Assembly: GCA_024402665.1 (NCBI GenBank)
Contig: JAKSTI010000010.1
Location: 494 to 64,493 of the forward strand
Direction of reading: 5' to 3'
Source of the DNA: Treponema sp.
GTDB taxonomy: Bacteria; Spirochaetota; Spirochaetia; Treponematales; Treponemataceae
DNA length: 64,000 nt
The notes under the pieces were generated by a model, which had not been told where the DNA came from, did not search any database, and saw only the letters and a list, made by a program, of their open reading frames with translations. Both the position numbers and the translations under genes were made by a program. Below, in pieces: positions 1 through 8,244 of the stretch; position 1 is the stretch's first letter, and each line of letters opens with the position of its first letter.

Positions 1-261
1 AATACCAACACGGTCTCCACCACGAACAATGTAATTTGTATTTACACCATAGCGGCGCAAAGAATTGATTGCAGCCTGACCAATTTCGTGTTTTGGAAGT
101 TTTGTTACATAATAAGAATCCAAACCATAATTAGCCAAAGATACAGAAACGTTAGCTTCTCCACCACCAAATGTAGAAGTCATTTTATCAACCTGAACAA
201 AGCGGAAATATCCCTCTGGTTCAAGTCTTAACATAATTTCACCAAATGTTACTACTTTCAT
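1..261 (-). CDS. kdgK: 2-keto-3-deoxygluconate kinase (PfkB family), 5' part only; continues beyond window start
   Basis: Manual translation from ATG at 261: MKVVTFGEIMLRLEPEGYFRF...FGGGEANVSVSLANYG. PfkB N-terminal motif, SD GGAG upstream, located downstream of eda. Confidence 0.9.
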   Translation of the reverse strand, partial: MKVVTFGEIMLRLEPEGYFRFVQVDKMTSTFGGGEANVSVSLANYGLDSYYVTKLPKHEIGQAAINSLRRYGVNTNYIVRGGDRVGI

Positions 262-273
262 ATATACTCCTTA

Positions 274-403
274 AGGGGGATCCCTTAAGAATCCCCTAAT
301 TTAGGGAGAAGAACCCCCTTCTACTCGGAAGCGTGGGGTTTCTTCTCCCTAAAACCCTCATCTTCCCCAAGCACCGTTTAGGGCTCTGCCCTAAAAACCC
401 GAA
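274..403. repeat. GC-rich multi-hairpin REP-like element
   Basis: Stems GGGGAT..ATCCCC, TTTAGGGAGAAGAACCCC..GGGGTTTCTTCTCCCTAAA and TAGGGC-TCT-GCCCTA. The terminal motif TAGGGCTCYGCCCTAAAA(A)CCCGAA recurs at 62595-62618. Confidence 0.7.
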
Positions 404-441
404 GAAAATGAAATTTTTAATCCTTTTTATGATTATATAAA

Positions 442-1080
442 TTAACCACGAATTTCTTTTACAATTTCTGCGGCTTCGCGAGTCAATTTTTCGATTTCGG
501 CGAAGTTACCTTCTTTTACTAAATCGCCTTTTACCATCCAGCTGCCACCGCATGCTAAGATTTTGTCGCAGGCAAGGTAGTCGCGAACGTTTGTAGCGTT
601 AATTCCACCTGTTGGCATGAACTTCATCATTGTGTATGGAGCAGCCATTGCTTTAATCATTTTTAATCCGCCGGCATTTTCTGCTGGGAAGAATTTAACT
701 ACATCAAGACCAAAGCCAAGTGCCATTTCCAGTTCTGTTGGAGTCATAATTCCAGGACAGATTGGATAATTATTTTTAATACAATATTCAACAACTTTTG
801 GATTAAATCCTGGACTTACAATGAACTTAGCGCCAGCACCAATTGCACGGTCAACCTGTTCAGTTGTAAGAACTGTACCAGCACCTACAAACATTTCAGG
901 GAATTTTTTTGACATTAATTTAATGCATTCTTCTGCAGCAGCTGTACGGAATGTTACTTCTGCACAAGGAAGACCACCTTTTACAAGAGCTTCAGCCAAT
1001 GGCTCTGCATCTTTAGCATCGTTTAATACTACTACTGGGATAATTCCAGTTTCACCAATCTTTTTTAATACGTCGTTCAT
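442..1080 (-). CDS. eda: 2-dehydro-3-deoxyphosphogluconate (KDPG) aldolase
   Basis: EVTFRT, GAGTV, VKFFPA and MPTGGI motifs; uronate operon context. Confidence 0.95.
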   Translation of the reverse strand: MNDVLKKIGETGIIPVVVLNDAKDAEPLAEALVKGGLPCAEVTFRTAAAEECIKLMSKKFPEMFVGAGTVLTTEQVDRAIGAGAKFIVSPGFNPKVVEYCIKNNYPICPGIMTPTELEMALGFGLDVVKFFPAENAGGLKMIKAMAAPYTMMKFMPTGGINATNVRDYLACDKILACGGSWMVKGDLVKEGNFAEIEKLTREAAEIVKEIRG

Positions 1081-1111
1081 GACAGTTATATCCTCCTAAG
1101 GACATCTTTAT

Positions 1112-1197
1112 AACCGCAGATACACGCGGATGCACGCAGATAAAGGTTATAAACAATTCATTCAATCATCTGCGTTTATCAGCGTTCATCTGCGGTT
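1112..1197. repeat. Inverted pair of 3x10-mer tandem arrays (consensus NNACGCAGAT) with a 26-nt spacer
   Basis: Left arm AACCGCAGAT ACACGCGGAT GCACGCAGAT (1112-1141); right arm ATCTGCGTTT ATCAGCGTTC ATCTGCGGTT (1168-1197). Confidence 0.9.
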
Positions 1198-2666
1198 TAT
1201 ATTTTAAAAAAATCAATACTATTTTTATATGATATATTCTTTACCATCTCTCCCAGCAATTTTTCATCACATGGGAATTCACCATTTTCTACCAGGTTTC
1301 CAATGTAGTTACACAGGATTCGGCGGAAATATTCGTGTCTTGGGTAGCTTAAGAAACTTCTTGAATCTGTAAGCATTCCTACATAATTTCCTAAAGTTGA
1401 AGTTCTTGCATAAACACGAATCTGCTCTTCAATACCGTCTTTGTGATCACAGAACCACCAGGCTGGACCAAAAATACAGTTACGGAAGTTTGCAGCCATT
1501 GTTGCAAGTGCATCGTTATCTTTTGGATTCAAGTTGTACAATATTACCTTTGGAAATGCTGAATTAGGAATGCGGAATGCGGAATTATTGCATGCACTGT
1601 AAATTCCATTAAGTACTGCACCTAATTGAGGAGCAAAATTGAAGTCGTGAAGGCTGTCTTCACCAATATTTTTTCCGGCAGCGGCAAGCATTGCACCGTT
1701 TTGGTCACGCAAAGCACCAATGTGAATCTGCATTACAAAACCTTTTTCGGCATAAAGCTTTCCAAGTTCCTGTAAAACATAACCTTTGTACTGAGCAAGT
1801 TCATCGTGACTAAGTTTTTTACCAATCCATGCTTTTTCAAAAATGTAATTTACATCATCTTTTGTAGTTGGCATGTAGAAATCAGTTTCCAAAGAATGAT
1901 CGCTGACTACAGAACCGCAAGCCTTAAAATAGTCCATACGGATTCCAAAAGCCTTAATCATATCGTCGATTGATTTAATCTGTACGCCAGTAACTTCCTG
2001 CAATTTTGAAATATATGCAGGATAAGCAGGACTTTCAGCATTAATTGCCAAATCTGGACGGAAAGATGGACGAACCTGAACTGCTTTCCATTCAGCAGCC
2101 AGCTTTTTATGATATTCCAAGTTATCTAAAGGATCATCAGTTGTACAAAGAGCCTTTACATTTAATTTTTCAAGAAGACCACGAGGAGCGAATTCTGGTT
2201 TTGTCAAAAGTGCATTACATTTATCCCAGATTTCCTTTGCATTTGCTTCTGTGATTGGCTCCATAATTCCAAAATAGCGCTGAAGTTCCAAATGACTCCA
2301 GTGGTAAAGAGGATTTCCAATACATCCCTGCAAAGTGCGGACGAAAGCAAGGTAACGTTCGTAGTCAGCTTTTTCTACAGCAGCTGCACCACCACGTTCT
2401 TCATCACTTTTAACAGTTCCATCAAGACGGATATGACCAGTAATCAACTCTTCAGGAACACCAGCGGCACGCATTGCACGCCATTTGTAGTGGTCGTGAT
2501 CTAACCAAGCATTTGCAAGATTTCCCAAAGTTTTGTTTTCATACATTTCCTGTGGAGACAAGTGATTATGAAAGTCAAAAATTGGTTCCTGCGAGGCAAA
2601 GGTGTGGTAGAGTTGCTTCGCGGTAGCTGTTTGCAATAGAAAACCTTTATTCATAAATGTAATCAT
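1197..2666 (-). CDS. uxaC: Glucuronate/uronate isomerase
   Basis: PIFDFHNHL, DHYKWRAMRA, NPLYHWSHLEL, WWFCDH and GMLTDSRSFLSYPRHEYFRR motifs. Confidence 0.96.
   Translation of the reverse strand: MITFMNKGFLLQTATAKQLYHTFASQEPIFDFHNHLSPQEMYENKTLGNLANAWLDHDHYKWRAMRAAGVPEELITGHIRLDGTVKSDEERGGAAAVEKADYERYLAFVRTLQGCIGNPLYHWSHLELQRYFGIMEPITEANAKEIWDKCNALLTKPEFAPRGLLEKLNVKALCTTDDPLDNLEYHKKLAAEWKAVQVRPSFRPDLAINAESPAYPAYISKLQEVTGVQIKSIDDMIKAFGIRMDYFKACGSVVSDHSLETDFYMPTTKDDVNYIFEKAWIGKKLSHDELAQYKGYVLQELGKLYAEKGFVMQIHIGALRDQNGAMLAAAGKNIGEDSLHDFNFAPQLGAVLNGIYSACNNSAFRIPNSAFPKVILYNLNPKDNDALATMAANFRNCIFGPAWWFCDHKDGIEEQIRVYARTSTLGNYVGMLTDSRSFLSYPRHEYFRRILCNYIGNLVENGEFPCDEKLLGEMVKNISYKNSIDFFKI
1555..1586. 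repeat. Solo heptamer array (4x7 bp + AATT) in frame within uxaC
   Basis: AATGCTG AATTAGG AATGCGG AATGCGG AATT; encodes NSAFRIPNSAF on the minus strand. Confidence 0.75.
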
Positions 2667-2677
2667 ATTTGCCTCGA

Positions 2678-2878
2678 AATTAAGAATTAAGAATGCAGAA
2701 TTAAGAATTTTTCTTAAATACTGCTTCTTAGTTCTAAATATTCTCTTTTAATGAAGAATCAGTTTACTTCGGGGCGTTGCGGGGTGTCCCCGCTCGAAGG
2801 GGTAACGAGCAACGAAGTGCGAGTTAGGGGAAGGCTTTCCCCTCCTAATTCTTCATTCTTAATTCATAATTCTTAATT
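2678..2878. repeat. ORF-less cassette bounded by inverted heptamer arrays (AATTAAG-type)
   Basis: Left arm 2678-2709 AATTAAG AATTAAG AATGCAG AATTAAG AATT; right arm 2847-2878 AATT CTTCATT CTTAATT CATAATT CTTAATT. Confidence 0.9.
2771..2846. repeat. GC-rich three-hairpin REP-like element
   Basis: GGGGCGTTGCGGGGTGTCCCCGC...CAACGAAGTG...GGGGAAGGCTTTCCCCTCCT; a closely related copy lies at 63263-63338. Confidence 0.85.
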
Positions 2879-4484
2879 ACGAAATACTCTTAAGAGTATT
2901 TCGTACTGCACCAACGCCGGCAGTTAATTTTTCAAAGTATGCCTCAACTTTTGCACCAAGGCCTGCTTCGTATAAATCTACACCAAAGATTTCCTTGCGT
3001 TTCAAAAGTGGTTCTACTGTTGCGTGAACATCAAACTTTTCTCCAAGTTTAACATTTGCTACAACAGGGCAAACATCATTCAAAAGTGGATCTGGAGAAA
3101 GTTCAAAAGCTTTTCCATCATCACCTACTCCCATTAAATAACGGAGCCACAAAGCTTCTACCAATGGAATAACTTCGAATGAATCTACGCTAAGTTCTTT
3201 ACGAGCCAAATAACCTTTAATTGTTTCACCAAAACGGATGCTAAGCTTCTGAGAAGTATCGCAGGCAATTCGCTGTGGAGTATCTGGCATAAATGGATTT
3301 GGAATACGGATATTTACAACTTCATCAATAAAGTTCTTTGGTTTAATAATTCCAGGATCTACTACAACAGGAAGACCTTCTTCATAACCAAGACGTTTTA
3401 CAAGGCGAAGCAAATCTTCATCTTTCATTTCGTCAGCAATCAAAGTATAACCAAGCAAACAACCACTAACTGCAAGGAATGTGTGAAGTGGGTTCAAACA
3501 AGTACAAACCTTCATCTTTTCAACCTTGTCTACAGTTGCACGGTCTGTAAAATACAAGCCTGCTTTTTCCAATTCTGGGCGGCCATTAGGGAATTTATCT
3601 TCAATTACTAAATACTGAACTTCTTCTGCGTTTACAAAAGGAGCAACATAAGTTTTTTTAGAAGTGATTACTGGCTCCAGCTGTTCAATGCCGTCATCTG
3701 CAAGAATTTTTTCAACTTTGCTATCGGGACGAGGTGTGATTTTATCAATCATTGTCCAAGGGAAAGATACTTTAGATTCATCGTTGATGTAAGCCAAGAA
3801 TCCAGGTTTACAAACTCCACGGTTTTCCCATTCTTCTGCAAATTCACGAACAGCAGCATAAAGCTTATCGCCGTTGTGTGAACAGTTATCCATACTTACC
3901 ATTGCCACAGGAAGCTCACCGTTGGCAAAACGTTCATGAAGTAAAGTTACAACTTTACCAATGTATGATTTTGGAAGGACAGGACCTGCAGCAAAGTCAT
4001 CTTCAACGCCTGGCATCATAACGCCGGCAGCATTTTTAAGAAGATAACCTTTTTCTGTAATAGTGAAAGTTACCATCTGAAGCGAAGGATTACGGAAGAT
4101 TTCGCACAAACGAGCCCAGTCAGCTTCGTTTTCGCTGTCGGCAGTCAAACTTTCCATAATAGATGCAACTACAGTTTTTTCTACAGAACCAGTTGATTTT
4201 AATGTTACAAGAGCACCAATGTTATCGTGTGGCTTGTACATTTTTTCAATGATTTCGTAGTCATAACCTTCTGCTACAACAAGACCTGCATCAAGAACAC
4301 CTTTATTCAAAAGTTCCTGAACAACATTAGCCTGGAAAGCACGGAAAATATTACCAGCACCAAAGTGAATCCAGAAAGGAGCTTCTTTAGTTGCCTTCTG
4401 AACTTTATCAAAATCAAATTTAGGAAGAGAATAGCCCTTTTCAGCCCATTCAGATGATTTAATTCCTTCTTTTGTAAGTTTCAT
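2877..4484 (-). CDS. uxuB: Mannitol dehydrogenase family protein, probable D-mannonate oxidoreductase (fructuronate reductase)
   Basis: WIHFGAGNIFRAF, FTITEKGY, SMDNCSHNG and MIDKITP motifs; lies between uxuA and uxaC. Confidence 0.8.
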   Translation of the reverse strand: MKLTKEGIKSSEWAEKGYSLPKFDFDKVQKATKEAPFWIHFGAGNIFRAFQANVVQELLNKGVLDAGLVVAEGYDYEIIEKMYKPHDNIGALVTLKSTGSVEKTVVASIMESLTADSENEADWARLCEIFRNPSLQMVTFTITEKGYLLKNAAGVMMPGVEDDFAAGPVLPKSYIGKVVTLLHERFANGELPVAMVSMDNCSHNGDKLYAAVREFAEEWENRGVCKPGFLAYINDESKVSFPWTMIDKITPRPDSKVEKILADDGIEQLEPVITSKKTYVAPFVNAEEVQYLVIEDKFPNGRPELEKAGLYFTDRATVDKVEKMKVCTCLNPLHTFLAVSGCLLGYTLIADEMKDEDLLRLVKRLGYEEGLPVVVDPGIIKPKNFIDEVVNIRIPNPFMPDTPQRIACDTSQKLSIRFGETIKGYLARKELSVDSFEVIPLVEALWLRYLMGVGDDGKAFELSPDPLLNDVCPVVANVKLGEKFDVHATVEPLLKRKEIFGVDLYEAGLGAKVEAYFEKLTAGVGAVRNTLKSIS

Positions 4485-4498
4485 TTTATACTCCGTAT

Positions 4499-4530
4499 AA
4501 TTAAGAATTTAGAATGCAGAATTAAGAATT
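4499..4530. repeat. Heptamer array, left arm of four-helix-bundle cassette
   Basis: AATTAAG AATTTAG AATGCAG AATTAAG AATT; 31/32 identical to 2678-2709. Confidence 0.9.
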
Positions 4531-4879
4531 ATTTAACTTGAGTCTTAACTATGCTGACCAAAAGTTTTATTAATTCCTCACAATCCGAATAAATAGTTTT
4601 ATATTCCTTTTCTGGAAGAAAATCGCTTTCATAAAGTAATTCAAGCCAATATTCAGTTTCTTCTGCTTCTTTCAAGGATATATGTAATTTTGCATAGAAA
4701 TCAGCCTTCGATTGCCCCCTTACTCCTTCCCGAATGTTAGCACCAATACTAGTTCCGCTTCTAAGTACCTGTTTTGATAATACAAATTCTTTTTTCTCAT
4801 CAACCAAATACTTATACATCCGAATAATTCTAAGCGCAAAAGCCTTACTCTTATCAACAATTACATTATTTTTTTCCAA
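4529..4879 (-). CDS. Four helix bundle protein (TIGR02436 / 23S rRNA IVS-protein / Avd-like family)
   Basis: KSKAFALRII...LSKQVLRSGTSIGANIREG...SKADFYAKLHISLKEAEETEYWLELL signature; TTG start 6 nt after GGAG. Confidence 0.92.
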   Translation of the reverse strand: MEKNNVIVDKSKAFALRIIRMYKYLVDEKKEFVLSKQVLRSGTSIGANIREGVRGQSKADFYAKLHISLKEAEETEYWLELLYESDFLPEKEYKTIYSDCEELIKLLVSIVKTQVK

Positions 4880-4889
4880 TCATTGCTCC

Positions 4890-4921
4890 AATTCTTAATT
4901 CTTAATTCATAATTCTTAATT
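4890..4921. repeat. Heptamer array, right (inverted) arm of four-helix-bundle cassette
   Basis: AATT CTTAATT CTTAATT CATAATT CTTAATT; 31/32 identical to 2847-2878. Confidence 0.9.
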
Positions 4922-4929
4922 TAAAAAAT

Positions 4930-6036
4930 CTATCTATAGATTTTTACTCCGCTGCGGTCGATAGATTTTTCACATGCTTCCCACAAGCCCTGCAAGTAAC
5001 AGGCACCTAAAGCACGGTCGTACAAACCGTAACCTGGCATAGCTTTTTCGCCCCAGATCATGCGGCCGTGGTCTGGACGGATAACTCCATCAAAACCTGT
5101 TTCATACAAAGTTTTAACAATTTTGAACATATCAAAAGAACCAGTTGAAGAAAGATGAGCAGATTCCTGGAAGTCTTTTACAGGATCATCAATTGCTGTG
5201 TTGAACTTAAGGTTACGAACATGAGCAAAGTGGATTCTTCCCTGTGCAGCTTTAATAAATTCACAAAGATCGTTTTTGCGGTTTGTACCATATGAACCTG
5301 TACAGAAAGTTAATCCATTGTGTGGATTTGGAACTGCATTAAGCATTTTTACTACGCCTTCCTGATTTGTAATAATGCGAGGAAGACCAAATACTGGCCA
5401 TGCAGGATCATCCGGATGGATTGCCATATCAATATTGTATTTATCACAAACTGGCATGATTGCATTAAGGAAGTAAACAAGGTTATCAAAAAGTTTTTCT
5501 GGTGTAACATCCTTGTACATCTGGAACAATTCTTTAACACGAGCCATTCTTTCTGGTTCCCAGCCTGGAAGAACAAAGCCGTTTGAATTTTTATCAAGGC
5601 GTTCAAACATTTCTTCAGGTTTTACACCTTCAATTGCTTTTGAGTTGTAAGCCAAAACTGTAGAACCATCTTCGCAAACGCGGGCAAGCTCTGAACGAGT
5701 CCAGTCAAAAACAGGCATAAAGTTGTAGCAAACCATATGAATGTCTTCCTGACCAAGACGTTCCAAAGTTTTAATGTAGTTTTCTATATATTTATCCCGG
5801 TCTCCACCACCGATTTTAATGTCATCGTGAATATTTACACTTTCAATACCGGCGATTTTAAGACCTGCATCTGCAACTTCTTTTTTAATTTTCTGAATTG
5901 CACCAAGTTCCCATGCGTCTCCAGGAACTGAATCGTATAATGTAGTAATTACGCCGTGTACACCTGGTACCTGACGAATCTGCTGAAGAGTAACGGAATC
6001 AAAACCTGTTCCGTACCAACGTAAAGTCATTTCCAT
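4930..6036 (-). CDS. uxuA: Mannonate dehydratase
   Basis: MTLRWYG, CYNFMPVFDWTRS, AIHPDDP, RPDHGR and PGYGLYDRALG motifs. Confidence 0.96.
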   Translation of the reverse strand: MEMTLRWYGTGFDSVTLQQIRQVPGVHGVITTLYDSVPGDAWELGAIQKIKKEVADAGLKIAGIESVNIHDDIKIGGGDRDKYIENYIKTLERLGQEDIHMVCYNFMPVFDWTRSELARVCEDGSTVLAYNSKAIEGVKPEEMFERLDKNSNGFVLPGWEPERMARVKELFQMYKDVTPEKLFDNLVYFLNAIMPVCDKYNIDMAIHPDDPAWPVFGLPRIITNQEGVVKMLNAVPNPHNGLTFCTGSYGTNRKNDLCEFIKAAQGRIHFAHVRNLKFNTAIDDPVKDFQESAHLSSTGSFDMFKIVKTLYETGFDGVIRPDHGRMIWGEKAMPGYGLYDRALGACYLQGLWEACEKSIDRSGVKIYR

Positions 6037-6055
6037 TTTAAAGTACTCCTAACAA

Positions 6056-6111
6056 ATACTAGTATACTACCTGCATATATCTTTTGCAAGAAAAAACTTG
6101 CATACTAGTAT
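6056..6111 (-). promoter_or_regulatory. sigma70 promoter of the uxu operon flanked by two ATACTAGTAT palindromes (candidate repressor operators)
   Basis: Minus strand TTGCAA (6084-6089), 17 nt, TATACT (6061-6066). ATACTAGTAT at 6056-6065 and 6102-6111. Confidence 0.65.
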
Positions 6112-6117
6112 ATATTT

Positions 6118-7218
6118 TTAATCTTTTTTAATTGTATACTCAAAACTTGCTTTTGCTATGTTAGAAGAGGCTTCAAAACGCCATTTGCTTAACTGATCAA
6201 TAATTTCCTGACGAACAACAAGAGGAAGAACAGACTCTGGAGTGATTACAATGTCACCACGAGGAACATTGCCACTTTCTACTACACGGAAACTTATTTT
6301 TACAGAGCGATTTCCATCAATAGCCGCTGCAGCAAGTTCCGAAAGATGAATGGAAGGAGATGATGGTTCCAGTAATAATCTGGCAGAACCATCTGACATT
6401 TGAATAGAGACTTTTCCAGTACTGTCTTTAGAAGTATTCAAAGATGAAATAGATTTAGTACCATTTGTTGAAGAAGAAAAGTTTGAAGGTTTAGTATTTA
6501 CAATATTATTTAAGGCGCTAGAAGTACTGTCTGATACCTTTGTATCAATTTCTGGTGAACTTGTCTTTGTAGAGCTGGACTGAACTGTTTCATTTACAGT
6601 TGCAGCAGTAGCAGCCGAACCAGAGAATGAACTTGTCTGATCTACAACTTTATTTACAGTAGAAGGATTATTTGTTGTTGCCTTTGTTGTATCCTGAAAA
6701 AGACTGCCATCCCAAACAGCTGCTTTTTTTGTACCATTCAACTGAGCAGACATCATATCCTCTACACTAGTGGCATAAGTTTCACTCGGACGTGGAGCAG
6801 ATGTTGTAGTTGTTGTACTTTGAGTTCCATTTTTAACAGGAGTAGAATTTTTTACCGGAGTTTCTGACTTTACAGGAGAAACAGGTTTTGGCTGCTGAAC
6901 AGGAACAGTCTGTACAGGGTCTGGAACAGTATCTACAGGCATTGGGGAAGAATCAGCAGGTGCGTCATCAAATTCCAATGGAACTTCTTCTGCACCAAGA
7001 CTTACATCCTTAGGAGTTGGAATATAGTGATCTTCTGGACTTAAAACAAGCTGAACTGTTTCAAATTTGATTTCTGGCGTACTTACAGGTTTTCGTGGGT
7101 TTATTACTGCAACAACAATGAACAAAATAAACCAGAAACCGAATGTAGCGGCTAAACCAATAACACGGCTTGAAGAATGAGGCTCACTATCTTTTCCAAA
7201 CAAAGGAAGGTAAATCAT
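6118..7218 (-). CDS. TonB/TolA-like energy transducer (N-terminal TM anchor, Pro/Thr/Ser-rich linker, TonB_C-like C-terminus)
   Basis: Single TM segment, low-complexity linker, C-terminal VKISFRVVESGNV...LSKWRF; follows exbB/exbD. Confidence 0.65.
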   Translation of the reverse strand: MIYLPLFGKDSEPHSSSRVIGLAATFGFWFILFIVVAVINPRKPVSTPEIKFETVQLVLSPEDHYIPTPKDVSLGAEEVPLEFDDAPADSSPMPVDTVPDPVQTVPVQQPKPVSPVKSETPVKNSTPVKNGTQSTTTTTSAPRPSETYATSVEDMMSAQLNGTKKAAVWDGSLFQDTTKATTNNPSTVNKVVDQTSSFSGSAATAATVNETVQSSSTKTSSPEIDTKVSDSTSSALNNIVNTKPSNFSSSTNGTKSISSLNTSKDSTGKVSIQMSDGSARLLLEPSSPSIHLSELAAAAIDGNRSVKISFRVVESGNVPRGDIVITPESVLPLVVRQEIIDQLSKWRFEASSNIAKASFEYTIKKD

Positions 7219-7628
7219 TTTTCTGTGGCAGTCCTTAAATTAATTAAACTGAATCCATTTTCACGGATAATATCAAAAATATGAATGATTGTACCATTTG
7301 TAACTTCAGCATCACCCTGCAAAGTTACAGGAAAATCTTTTTTCTCTACTGGTCCACAATCAAAGGCAATCAGGAATTCTCCAAGATTATCCATTGTTGC
7401 TTCCTGGCCATTAAAATATAAAGTACCGTCTTTTTCAGCAGAAATTGTAATTCCCTGAACAGAAGTATCTTCTGAAGTATGGCTTGTAGGAAGATTTAAT
7501 TTTATACCAGGTAAAACCGCAAAAGTTGTAGACACCAGAAAGAACAAAATCAACTGAAAGACAATATCAATCATTGGAGTCATATCAACATTTGGTTGAA
7601 GATGGTTACGTCTTGCTTTAATTTTCAT
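7215..7628 (-). CDS. exbD: Biopolymer transporter ExbD/TolR
   Basis: DMTPMIDIVFQLILFFLVSTTF signature. Confidence 0.9.
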   Translation of the reverse strand: MKIKARRNHLQPNVDMTPMIDIVFQLILFFLVSTTFAVLPGIKLNLPTSHTSEDTSVQGITISAEKDGTLYFNGQEATMDNLGEFLIAFDCGPVEKKDFPVTLQGDAEVTNGTIIHIFDIIRENGFSLINLRTATEK

Positions 7629-7630
7629 CT

Positions 7631-8242
7631 TTATCTAACACGTCCTGTAAGTCTTAAAACAACAGATGTTACTACAGATTCCATTTCTGCAATACGTCTG
7701 TTTACTCTTGAAACAAAATAGTTATGGAAAATAACAGATGGAATTGATACACAAAGACCAGTTACTGTTGTTACAAGTGCTTCCGCAATTGAGCTGGCAA
7801 GTAAAGAAGGATCTCCCATAGAACCACCGGCACCTAAAACGCCAAACGCTTTTATGTTACCAGTTACAGTTCCCAAAAGTCCCAGCAAAGTTGCAATGTT
7901 TGCAATAGTACCAAGTGTTGTAAGAAGATGTTCAAATCTTGGAATTGCAAGATCCATTTCTGCTTCAACAAAATCACGCAAGTCTCTTTCTTCATAGTGA
8001 CGGCAGTCCAATGCTTTTTTAACAACGATTGCCATTGGAGTTCCTGCTTCAACACATGCAGTTACAGCTCCTTCATAATTAGATACTTCCAGTGCAGTAA
8101 TCAAAGTATTGCGAAGTTCTGCATCCCGTTTATTAATATTGAAAAAATAAATACAACGTTCAATGATGATATATGTTGAAATGACTCCACAAATAATAAT
8201 TGGAATCATTAAAATTCCACCTGAAGCTAAAGTTGATAACAT
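7631..8242 (-). CDS. exbB: MotA/TolQ/ExbB proton channel protein
   Basis: LLGLLGTVTG and IAEALVTT motifs. Confidence 0.9.
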   Translation of the reverse strand: MLSTLASGGILMIPIIICGVISTYIIIERCIYFFNINKRDAELRNTLITALEVSNYEGAVTACVEAGTPMAIVVKKALDCRHYEERDLRDFVEAEMDLAIPRFEHLLTTLGTIANIATLLGLLGTVTGNIKAFGVLGAGGSMGDPSLLASSIAEALVTTVTGLCVSIPSVIFHNYFVSRVNRRIAEMESVVTSVVLRLTGRVR

Positions 8243-8244
8243 TT

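Noticed and set aside
4529-4879. Diversity-generating retroelement or 23S rRNA intervening sequence suggested by the Avd/IVS-like protein
   Set aside because: No reverse transcriptase, no TR/VR pair and no rRNA sequence seen in the window.
4866-4883. Phase variation at the A7 tract linking the upstream ATG (4883) to the four-helix ORF
   Set aside because: That ATG is only 2 nt from the SD, while the in-frame TTG is well spaced. A7 runs are common in this AT-rich DNA.
1112-4921. CRISPR array interpretation of the short repeats
   Set aside because: The units are contiguous 7- or 10-mers without unique spacers, and no cas genes are present.
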